Assembly (NCBI GenBank): GCA_964016885.1
Contig: OZ024742.1
Span: 173,972,001-174,036,000 of the forward strand
Length of the DNA stretch: 64,000 nt
Reading direction: 5' to 3'
Source: Eledone cirrhosa
Taxonomy: Eukaryota
Both the position numbers and the translations under genes were made by a program. Under the pieces are notes generated by a model, which saw only the letters and a list, made by a program, of their open reading frames with translations, ran no database searches and was not told where the DNA came from. This document shows, one piece after another, positions 13,940 to 26,333 of this stretch. The stretch's first letter is position 1. Every line of letters starts with the position of its first letter.

Positions 13940-16080
13940 ATCACCACCATCATCATCATCATCATCGTTTAACGCCCATCTTCCATGCTTGCATGGGTTT
14001 GGACTGGAGTTTTCCCACTTGAGGCAAGAGTGGTTGTCTTGCTCGCATAGGACTCTCTGGCGGGTTTTCTACGGCTGGATGCCCTTCCTAACAGCAACCA
14101 CATTTACAGTGTGGACTGGGAGGTTTTTACCGTGTTACCTACACGGCCACATTACAGCGTGGACTGTGTGTTTTTTTGTTGTGACACCTACACGACCTCA
14201 TTTGTTTCGGACTGGATGTTGTGGTACCAACATAACTTTACATCGAAAGGGTGGTGTGGATGGGGTGGGGGTAGTGGGACAGGGTGTATTTTTGTTAGAG
14301 GTGCCTACTGACTGTAGTAGGTTTCACTTTGTACTTAGGTAAGGCGGGTCTTCTCTATTACTGTGTAGCGCACAAGATCTCGGTCCAGTGACATTGTCTT
14401 GGAGAGGTGTAAGTGTGTGAGGTCGGAATTTATCAAGTCGTCCCAGCTTTTTCTGGGTCTGCCTACTCCGTGGCTACCGTCTATTTTTATTGCCCTGCAC
14501 TTTGTTATACAGCTGTCGGCTTTCATGTGCATCACGTGACCATACCAACGTAGTCTCCTCTCGAGTAAACAACATCTGATCCCTCTTATTTCTAATTTTT
14601 CCCTTAGTTCGTTTATACTTTGCCGTTCACGTATATTACTATTACACATCCAGCGGAGCATGCAAGCTTCGTTCCTCTCTAGTCTGCGTATATCCTCTGC
14701 ACACAATGCCCAGGTCTCACTGCCATGTAACATTGCTGTTTGTATGCAGGCATCATACAGCCTGCCTTTCATTTTTAGAAAAAACCCTTTAGCGGCTCTC
14801 TGAACTTTTTCCATCCAGTTCTGACTCTAGCTACTGTACTTTCAGAGCACCCTCTACTACTGCTGATTTTGTCATCCAAGTAACGGAAGGTGTCCACTAT
14901 TTCTATAGAACCATCTGTGCAATGGAATTAGCTAGTATTCAGTGGGCACTTGCTGCTACTTATTGCACCAGAGCACCGGCCACATATAAAACTATGTTCT
15001 TAGTTAGATTACCTGTGATCCCACTACATCTTTTATGCACCCATACTTTGCATTTGGGACATAAAATGGAGTTTCTACCTACTGCTTTCCTACACACTAA
15101 GCATGGCCATTTCCCGGATGGAACCAGTGCCCTATTTTCCTTCCTACAAACTGGAACTTTAGTCTTGGACAGGTTAATTTTAAGGCCTTTTGATTCTAGG
15201 CCATGCTTCCATGTTTGGAATTTCTTCTCTAGTTCAGCCATTGATTCAGCTATGAGCGTTAGATCATCTGCGTATAGGAGTTCCCATGGGCAGCCGGTCT
15301 TGAACTCCACTGTTATAGCCTGAAGGGCAATAATAAATAGTAGGGGGCTAAAAACGGAGCCCTGATGAACACCAACTCTTACGCTAAACTCTTCACTATA
15401 TTCGTTGTTAATTCTAACCTTGCTGACTGTTTCTTTATACATCGCTTGTATAGCTCTCACAAGCCATTCATCAACACCTAGTTTTCTAAGAGCCCACCAG
15501 ATAATGGAACGGGGGAACTCTGTCAAAGGCTTTCTCCAAGTCGACAAAACTAAGAATAGGGGTTTACTTTTAGCTAGGTACTTCTCTTGTAGTTGTCGTA
15601 CAATGAAAAGAGCGTCTGTGGTATTTTTACCTGACACAAACCTGAACTGCATTTCATCTAGATCAATTCGCTCTCTGATTAGTTGCGCAATTACTTTTTC
15701 AGTGACCTTCATGACCTGGTCGATTAATTTAGTGCCTCTATAGTTACCCCTATCTAGAGCATCTCCTTTACCCTTGTAGCAGTTAATGATGCTGCTGCTA
15801 TGCCAGTCCTTCGGAACAACCCCATTCTGTATGACTTGGTTTACTATCCGGGTGACCATGGTGTGTCCCACCATTCCAGAAGCTTTCAGCATTTCAGCAA
15901 CTATTTCCGAAGGCCCAGCCGCCTTACCCGTCTTCATATCTTTGATTGCCTTACTTATTATACTACCTTCGACTAACACTGCTGGTCCCTCTATTGGATC
16001 GATGTGGGGGGGGACTGTCTTTCTCCCATTTATTCTCCTCATTTAGTAGCCTTTCGTAGTGACACTTCCAAGCTACCTTC
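13940..16080 (-). mobile_element. RTE LINE, 5'-truncated, frameshifted (PHD-RTE family)
   Basis: ORFs 14960..16042 and 14335..14814: GKAAGPSEI, NYRG, QFRF, GVHQGSVFSPLLF, LYADD, HGSETW, RLRWYGHV, GRPRKSW; (GAT)n tail. Confidence 0.96.
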
Positions 16081-17600
16081 TTATCATGATATATATATCA
16101 TACTCTAGAAAACATTGGTAATATTCAGAAATGAAGAGGGATTGTTTATAACATATTCAAATGCCAATGCTGTATGTCGGAATGAGTCCCTTATGATCTA
16201 ACATGAGTTCAGAACTCTTGCAAGAATATATACAAACAGCTGATATCTAAATATTCTGTTGCAGTTAAGGTTAAGCCATTTAACGTGTTGCATAATAATA
16301 CAGTTGAATGAATACATGAGAATGTAATCTGGTTATTGTCTGTATGTAATATGTGTGATACTTTAGTCACCCAAGTATCCCTATTGTTACGGAATGGGTC
16401 ATTGACGATTTTATTTTAATTTCATTCAAAAGGGACAACCATACTACCTTTGAAATTGAAAGGTAATTATTAGTTGCAAGTATCATTGGACATGAGTGCA
16501 TTGGGAAGTAATCTCATACACATTCCCTGACATTACCTAATAACAATTTCAATGAGATAAAATTTAACTTTCTCATGTACAAAGCACTTCAATGGCAATC
16601 TTATTCAACGAAGTGATGCTCTCATGCCTCAAAAACGCCTGTAATTACATCAGGAAATAACTCGTTTGCCACATGCTTGTTGTAATGATTGCCTCAGCAA
16701 GTCACTGGCAAAACTAATGTTTAAAGACATGTGGCATCCTTCTATTATATTTAAATAATTCAATGTTCAGTTGGGATTAATTCTAAACTGTATATTTACT
16801 TGTCAAACATAATTGCATATAGGAATATAAAAGAACTGAGCTCAGGGTTATTTTAAGGTAAAAAGGATTGCAACAAATTGGACTTGACATAAGAAGAGAT
16901 AAAGATAGGAAAAAAAATTTTAAGTGAGAAATATATAGGGAAAGGAAATGAGTCTCCTTAAAGAAAAGTGTAAACATGTCTTACAGTAAGTAACACATAG
17001 ATATCCCAAAACATAAAAACGTGAAATATATATATGAGGTATTTGAGAAAAAACTTAGAAGATATAATTTTAAAATATTTTTAAATTTTGAGAATGTTTT
17101 AAAATTGTCTGTCATTTTGTATTTTAGATTAATGTTGACATACTATGGACAGTAATGAACATACACATGTTAAAATAGACCACAAATTACAACGTCGGAT
17201 CACAAACCACTCTTAAAAATGTAATGCAAATTTTATGCGACCACCATATGATCATTTCTTGTCTACAGTTCAAAGGAGGCGCTTATCCAACATTGAAAGC
17301 TCCAGAGATTTGACCCAACAACTTTATAATAGCTAGCAGAGGTAATAATATAATAATAGAGAGCAAATAAATTCTGCAATTGATGTAGTCTTTTTCTATA
17401 CTCTACTTTGTAAAGGATTATTAAGGTGAGTAGTTACATTTATTAAAAACATTTGAGGTAGCTCCAAAATAAAATTCGCAAAGTTTTTCTGTAAATACCT
17501 TATATTCATAAACTTAAAAGTTAAACTAATAGTGGTCATCTGGCAGGAATCATACAATAACACTTAACATTTAAGGATCTATTATATGTAGCTAACTCCA

Positions 17601-17784
17601 GGTGGTGGATTGGCAGTATCGGTAGAGGGTCGGACGCCATGCTTTCCAGCATAGTTACGTCCCTTTACGATCTGAGTTCAAATCCCGCCGAGGTTGACTT
17701 TGCCTTTTATCCTTACGGGGTCGATAAAATAAAGTACCAGTAATGCATTGGGTAATTGCTGGCCTTGTGCCTAAAGTAGAAACA
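17601..17784 (+). mobile_element. SINE-A, full length with 20-bp TSD
   Basis: TSD ATTATATGTAGCTAACTCCA at 17581-17600 and 17785-17804; A and B boxes intact. Confidence 0.93.
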
Positions 17785-18655
17785 ATTATATGTAGCTAAC
17801 TCCATGTCCTGAATTTTCAAGCTAGGAAGATTTGTTTCCATCATTAGAATATGAGTGTACTTGTTTAGTTGTTTTATGTAATTATATAATCTTACCTTTG
17901 CATGTATTAGAACTATATATATATATATATAATTTCATTTTCTTATCCTTACTAAAAGCTACATTGTCTGCCATGTTAGGTAATGTGGAATAATATATAA
18001 ATTTGGGGAGAGCTCTTCAGCTGTGTGGCAAACATAAAAACCTACCTAGTGTTGGAGCAATGATAAAATGCACTCAGCAGAGTGCAGGTCTCTATGTAAA
18101 CAAGATGTAAGACCACTTGACTAAGTCAGTGAAGACCTGTTCAACCATTGCTATCAAGGAAAATGGATAATAAATGAAGATAATGATGATGTGGTGTTAA
18201 AAACTGTTTTATGTGTACATATACAGGGAAGAGTTAAACATTAACTGAATGAGAACACAATACATGCGAGAAAAACTATAAATTTTAGATTGTGCAGAAA
18301 CAGCTACTACTGACTTTGAAAATCACCACTGCCACATACACACAATAATATGTAGATGTGTGTATGTGTGTGTGGCGTGGGTGGGGAGGGGGGGGGGTAT
18401 AAAGACGTGACTAAAGACAAAATATGCTTTCTCTCCTCTTTACCCTTTGCTCAATTTTCATTTTTGTTTTGTCTGTCTTCATTTTTCTCCCTTTTTCCCT
18501 GCTTCTTTTTTTCCAATGAATGTCTGGCATGTAAAACACCAAGACTATTTTCTAACTATATCAATCATCAAATTAAAATACCATTATTGCATTGTATTGA
18601 TCACCTGCATTATTTTTGCTTGTTGACTTATATACATATACACATATATATATAT

Positions 18656-18686
<31 letters not shown>

Positions 18687-19186
18687 CCATTACTGTAAAG
18701 TGGTTTTGTTTCTTACACGACTGCTTTACAATGGGGACTGGGTGTTTTTTGTTTTGTCACCGACACAGTGGACAGAAATGAGAGGATGGATTAGGGTGTG
18801 TGGGGTGTATATTAGGTTAAGAGGTGCCTACTGACAGTAGGTTTGTATGCAAGGGGAGGCAGGTCTTCTGCATAACTGCAGAGCGCCATACACACACACA
18901 CACACATATATATATATATGTGTGTATATAGTTTTGAAAAGAAGCAAACATGGCTAAGTCTTAAGAATATGAATTCAAAATGCGAGTCTGCAGAGGAAAA
19001 AGACAATGGAAAACATGCCTTTGTCCCTACCTGTTTTGTTATGTCCCAATGCTCACTGGAATGAATGGCATCAAACTGGTAAGACCCCACTGCCCCACTC
19101 TCCCCCAGGGCAACTGGCCTGCATCATGGACTGTATGCTCTGTTTTCCATGTCACCTTCACCACTAATATATATATATATAAATAT

Positions 19187-19368
19187 ATAGGAAAAGAGAC
19201 AGGATCCCGATGGCAGAGCACCGGGTATTTCGACCTAGCTGTCAAAACAGCCGTAGCTCAGCTGTTGGGGTCCTGACTCTTTTCATATTACCCATTTACT
19301 ACCCTAAGTATTGAGTACTCTGGTGCATTATGCTCCACCTGGTTCGTTACCACACTTCCTTCATTACA
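19187..19368 (+). mobile_element. Fold-back TA-flanked element, diverged homologue of 21806-21983
   Basis: Imperfect palindrome GAAAAGAGACAGGATCCC...GGGGTCCTGACTCTTTTC, then the shared tail ATTACCCA..AAGTATTGAGTACT.TGGTGC.TTATG.TCCACCTGGTTC.TTACCACA. Confidence 0.7.
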
Positions 19369-19528
19369 TACATATATATATATCATATTATATTATATAA
19401 AGCATAAATTAAAGTTTTAGCGGCAGTAGGGCAGATAACAATCAAATTGTTTGAGGCGGTTAACACATAAAGTGTGACACCTTGAATATATCAACTAGAT
19501 GTATGTAGCCATAGTATATAACCAAAAT

Positions 19529-19917
19529 AATTGTTTCTACTATTGGCACAAGGCCAGCAATTACCCAGTACATTACTGGTACTTTATTTTATCGACCCCG
19601 TAAGGATGATAGGCAAAGTTAACCTCGGCGGGATTTGAACTCAGAATTGCAAGGGCCGTAACTCTATACGTCAAAGCATGGCGGCCGACCCTCTACCAAT
19701 ACTGCCAATTCACCGCCCTATATAACCATAATTGTTTCTACTTTAGGCACAAGGCCAGCAATTACCCAGTGTATTACTGGTACTTTATTTTATCGACCCC
19801 GTAAGGATGAAAGGCAAAGTCAACCTCGACGGGATTTGAACTCAGATCGTAAAGGGACGTAACTATGCTGGAAAGCATGGCGTCCGACCCTCTACCGATA
19901 CTGCCAATCCATCACCC
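19529..19917 (-). mobile_element. Two tandem SINE-A copies
   Basis: Two full copies; TATATAACCA(T/A)AAT occurs at ~19514, 19719 and 19918. Confidence 0.9.
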
Positions 19918-19942
19918 TATATAACCATAATAATAATAAATA

Positions 19943-20056
<114 letters not shown>

Positions 20057-20471
20057 GGACCGAGACCTTTGGCGGTACTCAGTAACAGAGAAGACCCGCC
20101 TTGCCAGTAGGCATCTCTAACAAAATACACCCCGTCCCGCCACCACCCCCACCCCATCCACACCACCCCGTTCTATGTAAAGTTATGTTGGTGCCGCGCC
20201 ATCCAGGCCGAAACAAATGAGATCGTGTAGGTGTCACGACAAAAAAACACACAGTCCATGCTGTAATGTGGCCGTGTAGGCAACACGGTAAAAACTCCCA
20301 GACCCACACTGTAAATGTGGTTGGTGTTAGGAAGGGCATCCAACTGTAGAAAACCTGCCAGACAGTCCTATGCGAGCAAGACAATCACTCTTGCCTCAAG
20401 TGAGACTACCCCCGTCCAAACCCATGCAAGCGTGGAACACGGACGTTAAACGTTGATGATGATGATGATGA

Positions 20472-20476
<5 letters not shown>
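20057..20476 (+). mobile_element. RTE LINE 3' end (PHD-RTE family)
   Basis: Matches 25266-25820; ends in (GAT)n then (TA)n. Confidence 0.9.
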
Positions 20477-20507
<31 letters not shown>

Positions 20508-21154
20508 ATGAAAAAGTCAGTATGTGGTGTGCGTTAATATTATATCATTTCTTGATTACTTTTTACTGTGATATATATTTCCTTGGTGTAGATTATGTAA
20601 TAAATATGACCTCATCAGACAGCTATTTTCTAATGTTTTGTTCAAAGTGGGATATGTCCCAGGCTGGACTTAATGTTACTGCTCCAATGCCCAGCTCTTA
20701 CAATAGGTACATAGTATATCTATGAGAAATAAGAGGCAGTAACAAGGATTAGTGTCTGGAAGAAGAGCATTTGGCTGTAAAGCATTATCTCAAATAAATA
20801 CATCTAGACCTAACATAAGTCATCATGGAATAGTGTATGTAAAAGCGCTGATATATATATATATATATATGCATGTATGTATACATTTATATCTATATAG
20901 GTTTGTCTGTATGTAATCACATATGTGTGTATAGACATTAATTTATGCATCCATGTGGGTTAGAAAAAGAGGTGTAAATCACATACCTAAAGGGCTCATG
21001 GCACCAATAAAATATTCAAGTGTACTCATACCAACTTCCAATCGGATACTGAAAGGTCATACTCCCATGCTGATGTTACTTGAGCAAATAACATAAATTC
21101 ATTATCGCATAGAAACAGTTACACATCACGTATATGGAATATACACACTCACAG

Positions 21155-21157
<3 letters not shown>

Positions 21158-21228
<71 letters not shown>

Positions 21229-21243
21229 CATACATACATATAT

Positions 21244-21339
<96 letters not shown>

Positions 21340-21340
21340 T

Positions 21341-21397
<57 letters not shown>
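21158..21397. repeat. (TA)n microsatellite
   Basis: Direct reading. Confidence 0.97.
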
Positions 21398-21775
21398 ATG
21401 TTTATCACATCCTGCATGCTGCTTCAATAGCATATGAACACATACAAGCTAGGAACTTCAACGTGAAACTGTTGCCTGCTAAATATTTCACAAAATATAA
21501 TCTATGTCTCCGTTCTCAAGGGAAATCAACTTCTTTTCCATGTGTTCTTGTGACTTGAAGCAGTGTTTTGCCTGCAATTTCCTTTATCGTACGCAGAAAC
21601 TGAAATTAGCGTTAATATTAGAGCTACACCAGGTGTTCCAAATATTCAAACACATTCAGTTAATATTGGTATATATATATATATACACACACATATATAT
21701 ATTCATATATATATATATAGTAGAATAATCGAGTATCGAAAAATCGACGCACGAGTTCACGATAAACAAAATTTG

Positions 21776-21805
<30 letters not shown>

Positions 21806-21810
<5 letters not shown>

Positions 21811-21983
21811 AACCAGTAAGACCCCGACAGCTGAGCTCAAGCCGTTTCGACGGCTAGCCGTCAAAACGGCTTGAGCTCAGCTGTCGGGGTCTTACTGGTT
21901 CCTATTACCCACTCTACTACCTCAAGTATTGAGTACTTTGGTGCGTTATGGTCCACCTGGTTCCTTACCACATTTCCTTTGTT
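21806..21983 (+). mobile_element. Fold-back element: 100-bp palindrome plus unique tail, TA-flanked
   Basis: 21806-21905 is self-complementary with one mismatch, centred on GACGGCTAGCCGTC; homologue at 19187-19368. Confidence 0.8.
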
Positions 21984-22006
21984 ATATATATATATATATA
22001 TATATA

Positions 22007-22360
22007 TGGGGGCACATGGCTTAGTGGTTAGAGTATTGGCCTTGCAATCGAAAGGTTGTGAGTTAATTCTCAGACCGGGTGATGTGTTGTTTCCTTGAGC
22101 AAGACACTTTATTTCACATTGCTCCAGTTTACAGTTTACTCAGCTGTAGAAATGAGATGATAGGGACTGGGGTCCCTACCATTCCACTGCAAAGTGGTCG
22201 TGGAGGTGCCACGGCAAAAAAGCACCCAGCACTCACTGTAGATGAGGTTGGTGTTAGGAAGTGCATCCAGCTGTAGAAATCAAGCCAGAATCAGTTCCTG
22301 TCCCACCCTTGCAAGCAGGGAAAAGTGGACGTAAAATGAAATGATGATGAATGATGATGA
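22007..22360 (+). mobile_element. SINE family B, full length
   Basis: GGGGCACATGGCTTAGTGGTTAGAG head, CORE-like centre, RTE-like tail, (GAT)n. Confidence 0.9.
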
Positions 22361-22370
22361 TAGATACACA

Positions 22371-22527
<157 letters not shown>

Positions 22528-22544
22528 GTATGTATCTATATTAA

Positions 22545-23032
22545 TAGTGAGACACTAAGCAGGCTTTGTTTACAAAAGGCTAGTGAATTAGAACATTAGG
22601 TAGTAATATGTGTTTATGCGGTATTTGATTAAATAGAATTAGTCTGTCAGTTGGCATTTTTTAAAAACGCTCTGAATGAAAAAAATGATGAGTATTGACA
22701 TACATAGTACCATTACACCAACACACCACCGATTCTTCCTTCCATTCAGTTAGAAGCTATATAACCATAGCAGGTATATATATGAATATCAGTAAGGAGA
22801 CACAAAGCAGGCTTTGTTTAGAAATGGCTAGCGAATTTGAAAGCTAGATAGTAACATGTCTGTTATTCGCGATTTTTTAAAACCCCACAAACCCAGCAAA
22901 TCAAAGCTGTGGGTTTGTGTCCCATGTACATCACTACTCATCCTCTTTTCTATTCAGAAGGTTCTTTAAAATCCCAACTAACAGATTAACTATATTTCCT
23001 CAAATACGGCATAAGCACATGTTACTACCTAA
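22545..23032. repeat. Direct plus inverted repeat cluster of an unclassified family
   Basis: 22548-22612 resembles 22797-22860 (direct). 22596-22705 resembles the reverse complement of 22923-23032. Related sequence at ~4262-4348. Confidence 0.7.
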
Positions 23033-23059
23033 TTATATATATAAATATATATATATATA

Positions 23060-23563
23060 TGGGATAACAAGTTATCGTTTTAGGTAATCAAGTTAGAGGT
23101 TATAAGTACTCTGTACTATGGATAGTTTTAACATATAGTGTTGTTTGACTCAACAAGAGGTTTCCTTAGTTAGGTAGCGAGTTTGTGAGAATTCCCATGC
23201 AGGTTATTCTTGAAGTAAATAGTAGTGAAAGAGTGAAGAATAACATGGCCGGCTGTACAAAAAGGGTTTTATTTACAGTATTAACAATTGTTTCATTGAT
23301 CAGGTGAGTCTAAAGGCTGCTAATCACTCGAAGTTGCATCACTTGACCTTAAATACAGTGTGTGTCTCTGATCAAATAATCAGAATACTGTATTCCTAGC
23401 ATTCCGATGATTTGATCAAAGACACACACTGTATTTAAGGTCGAGTGATGCAACTTCGAGTTATTAGCGGCATTTAGACTCACCTGATCAATGAAACAAT
23501 TGTTAATACTAGAAATGGAACCTTTTTGTACAGCCGACCATGTTATTCTTCAGTCTTTCACTA
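23060..23563. mobile_element. Hammerhead-bearing fold-back element with ~165-bp inverted arms
   Basis: Arms 23223-23389 and ~23398-23563, each with a hammerhead motif (minus 23276-23390; plus 23398-23510). (TA)n on both sides. Confidence 0.78.
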
Positions 23564-23572
23564 TATATATAT

Positions 23573-25820
23573 AGTGTCACTATGAAAGGCTACTAAATGA
23601 GGAGAATAAATGGGAAAAAGACAGTCTCCCCCACATCGACCCAATAGAGGGACCAGCAGTGTTAGTCGAGGGTAGTATAATAAGTAAGGCAATCAAAGAT
23701 ATGAAGACGGGTAAGGCGGCTGGGACTTCGGAAATAGTTGCCGAGATGCTGAAGGCATCTGGTACGGTGGGACACACCGTGGTCACCCGGATAGTTAACC
23801 AAGTCGTACAGAATGGGGTTGTTCCGAAGGACTGGCGTAGCAGCATCATCGTAAACTGTTATAAGGGTAAAGGAGATGCCCTAGATAGGAGTAACTATAG
23901 AGGCATTAAATTAATCGACCAGGTCATGAAGGTCACGGAAAAAGTAATAGCGCAACTAATCAGAGAGAGAATTAATCTAGATGAAATGCAGTTCGGGTTT
24001 GTGTCAGGCAAAAGTACCACAGATGCTCTTTTCATTGTACGACAACTAGAGGAGAAGTACCTAGCTAAAAGTAAACCCCTATACTTAGCTTTTGTAGACT
24101 TGGAGAAAGCCTTCGACAGAGTCCCCCATTCCATTATCTGGTGGGCTCTTAGAAAACTAGGTGTTGACGAATGGCTTGTGAGAGCTATACAAGCCATGTA
24201 TAAAGAAACAGTCAGCAAGGTTAGAATTAACAACGAATATAGTGAAGAGTTTAGCGTAAAAGTTGCCATCCATCAGGGCTCTGTTCTCAGCCCCCTACTA
24301 TTTATTATTGCCCTTCAGGCTATAACAGAGGAGTTCAAGACCGGTTGCCCATGGGAACTCCTATACGCAGATGACCTAACACTCATAGCTGAATCAATGG
24401 CCGAGCTAGAGAAGAAATTACAAACATGGAAGCACGGCCTAGAACCAAAAGGCCTTAAAATTAACCTGGCTAAGACTAAAGTTCTAGTTTGTAAGAAAGA
24501 AAATAAGACGGCGGTCCCTTCCGGGAAGTGGCCATGCTCAGTGTGTAGGAAAGGCGTAGGTAGAAACTCCATTTTGTGTCCCAAATGCAAAGTATGGGTG
24601 CATAAAAGATGTAGTGGGATCACAGGTAAGCTAAATAAGAACATTGATTTTACATGTGGCCGGTGCTCTGGTGCAATAAGTAGCAGCAAGTGCCCACTGA
24701 ATACTAGCTCTTTCAACTGCGCAGAGGGTTCTATAGAAATAGTGGACAGCTTCCGTTACCTGGATGACAAAATCAGCAGTGGGGGAGGGTGCTCTGAAAG
24801 TACAGTAGCTAGTCAGAACTGGATGGAAAAAGTTCAGAGAGCTTATACCACTATTAGCCGCTAAAGGGTTCTCCCTAAAAATGAAAGGCAGGCTGTATAA
24901 TGCCTGCATACGAACAGCAATGTTGCATGGCAGTGAGACCTGGGCATTGTGTGCAGAGGATATACGCAGACTAGAGAGAACGAAGCTTGCATGCTCCGCT
25001 GGATGTGTAATAGTAATATACGTGAACAGCAAAGCATAAGCGAACTAAGGAAAAAATTAGAAATAAGAGGGATCAGATGTTGTTTACTCGAGAGAAGGCT
25101 ACGTTGGTATGGTCACGTGATGCGCATGAAGGACGATAGCTGTATAACAAAGTGCAGGGCAATAAAGATAGACGGTAGCCACGGAATAGGCAGACCCAGA
25201 AAAACCTGGGACGAGCTGATAAATTCCGACCTCACACACTTACACCTCACCAAGACAATGTCACTGGACCGAGACCTTTGGCAGTACTCAGTAATAGAGA
25301 TGACCCGCCTTACCTAAATACAAAGTAAAACCTACTACAGTCAGTAGGCATCTCTAACAAAATACACCCCCGTCCCACCACCCCCACCCCATCCACACCG
25401 CCCCTTTCAATGTAAAGTTATGTTGGTGCCACAACATCCAGGCCGAAACAAATGAGATTGTGTAGTGTCACGTCATAAAAACACACAGTTCACGCTGTAA
25501 TGTGGCCGTGTAGGCAACACGGTAAAAACCTCCCAGCCCCACACTGTAAATGTGGTTGGTGTTAGGAAGGGCATCCAGCAGTAGAAAACCTGCCAGACAG
25601 TCCACGCTGTAATGTGGCCGTGTAGGCAACACGGTAAAAACCTCCCAGCCCCACACTGTAAATGTGGTTGGTGTTAGGAAGGGCATCCAGCTGTAGAAAA
25701 CCCGCCAGATAGTCCTATGCGAGCAAGATAATCACCATTGCTTCAAGTGGGAAAACCCCCGTCCAAACCCATGCAAGCATGGAACATGGACGTTAAACGT
25801 TGATGATGATGAATGATGAT
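23573..25820 (+). mobile_element. RTE LINE, 5'-truncated (PHD-RTE family)
   Basis: ORF 23659..24864 with QFGF, FVDLEKAFDRV, QGSVLSPLLF, LYADD and C4HC3 finger; frameshifted C-terminus to 25317; 3' UTR with a 112-bp internal duplication; (GAT)n tail. Confidence 0.97.
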
Positions 25821-25907
25821 ATATAAAACCAACCAAACAGCGAGTGTGTCCTGTTATTATTTCTAGCAATATTATTAGAACAATATGACCCCTCCCAAGT
25901 ATAACAA

Positions 25908-26258
25908 TGGAGGCATATGGCTTAGTGGTTAGAGCATTGGCATTGCAATTGAAAGGTTGTGAGTTCAATTCTCAGACCGGGTGATGTGTTGTTTCCTTGA
26001 GCAAGACACTTTATTTCTCATTGCTCCAGTTTACTCAGCTGTAGAAATGAGATGATAGTGACTGGGGTCCATATCATTCCACTGCAAAGTGGTCTTGGAG
26101 GTGCCACAGCAAAAAAGCACCCAGCACTCACTGTAAATGAGGTTGGTGTTTGGAAGGGAATCCAGCTGTAGAAATCAAGCCAAAATCAGTTCCCGTACCA
26201 CCCTTGCAAGCATGGAAAAAGCGGACGTATAATGAAATGATGATGATGATGATGATGA
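25908..26258 (+). mobile_element. SINE family B, full length
   Basis: As 22007-22360. Confidence 0.9.
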
Positions 26259-26262
26259 TATA

Positions 26263-26332
<70 letters not shown>

Positions 26333-26333
26333 A

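Noticed and set aside
17601-17690. tRNA-like A and B boxes (also at 22007, 25908, 26334)
   Set aside because: SINE heads with no full cloverleaf; they continue into SINE bodies.
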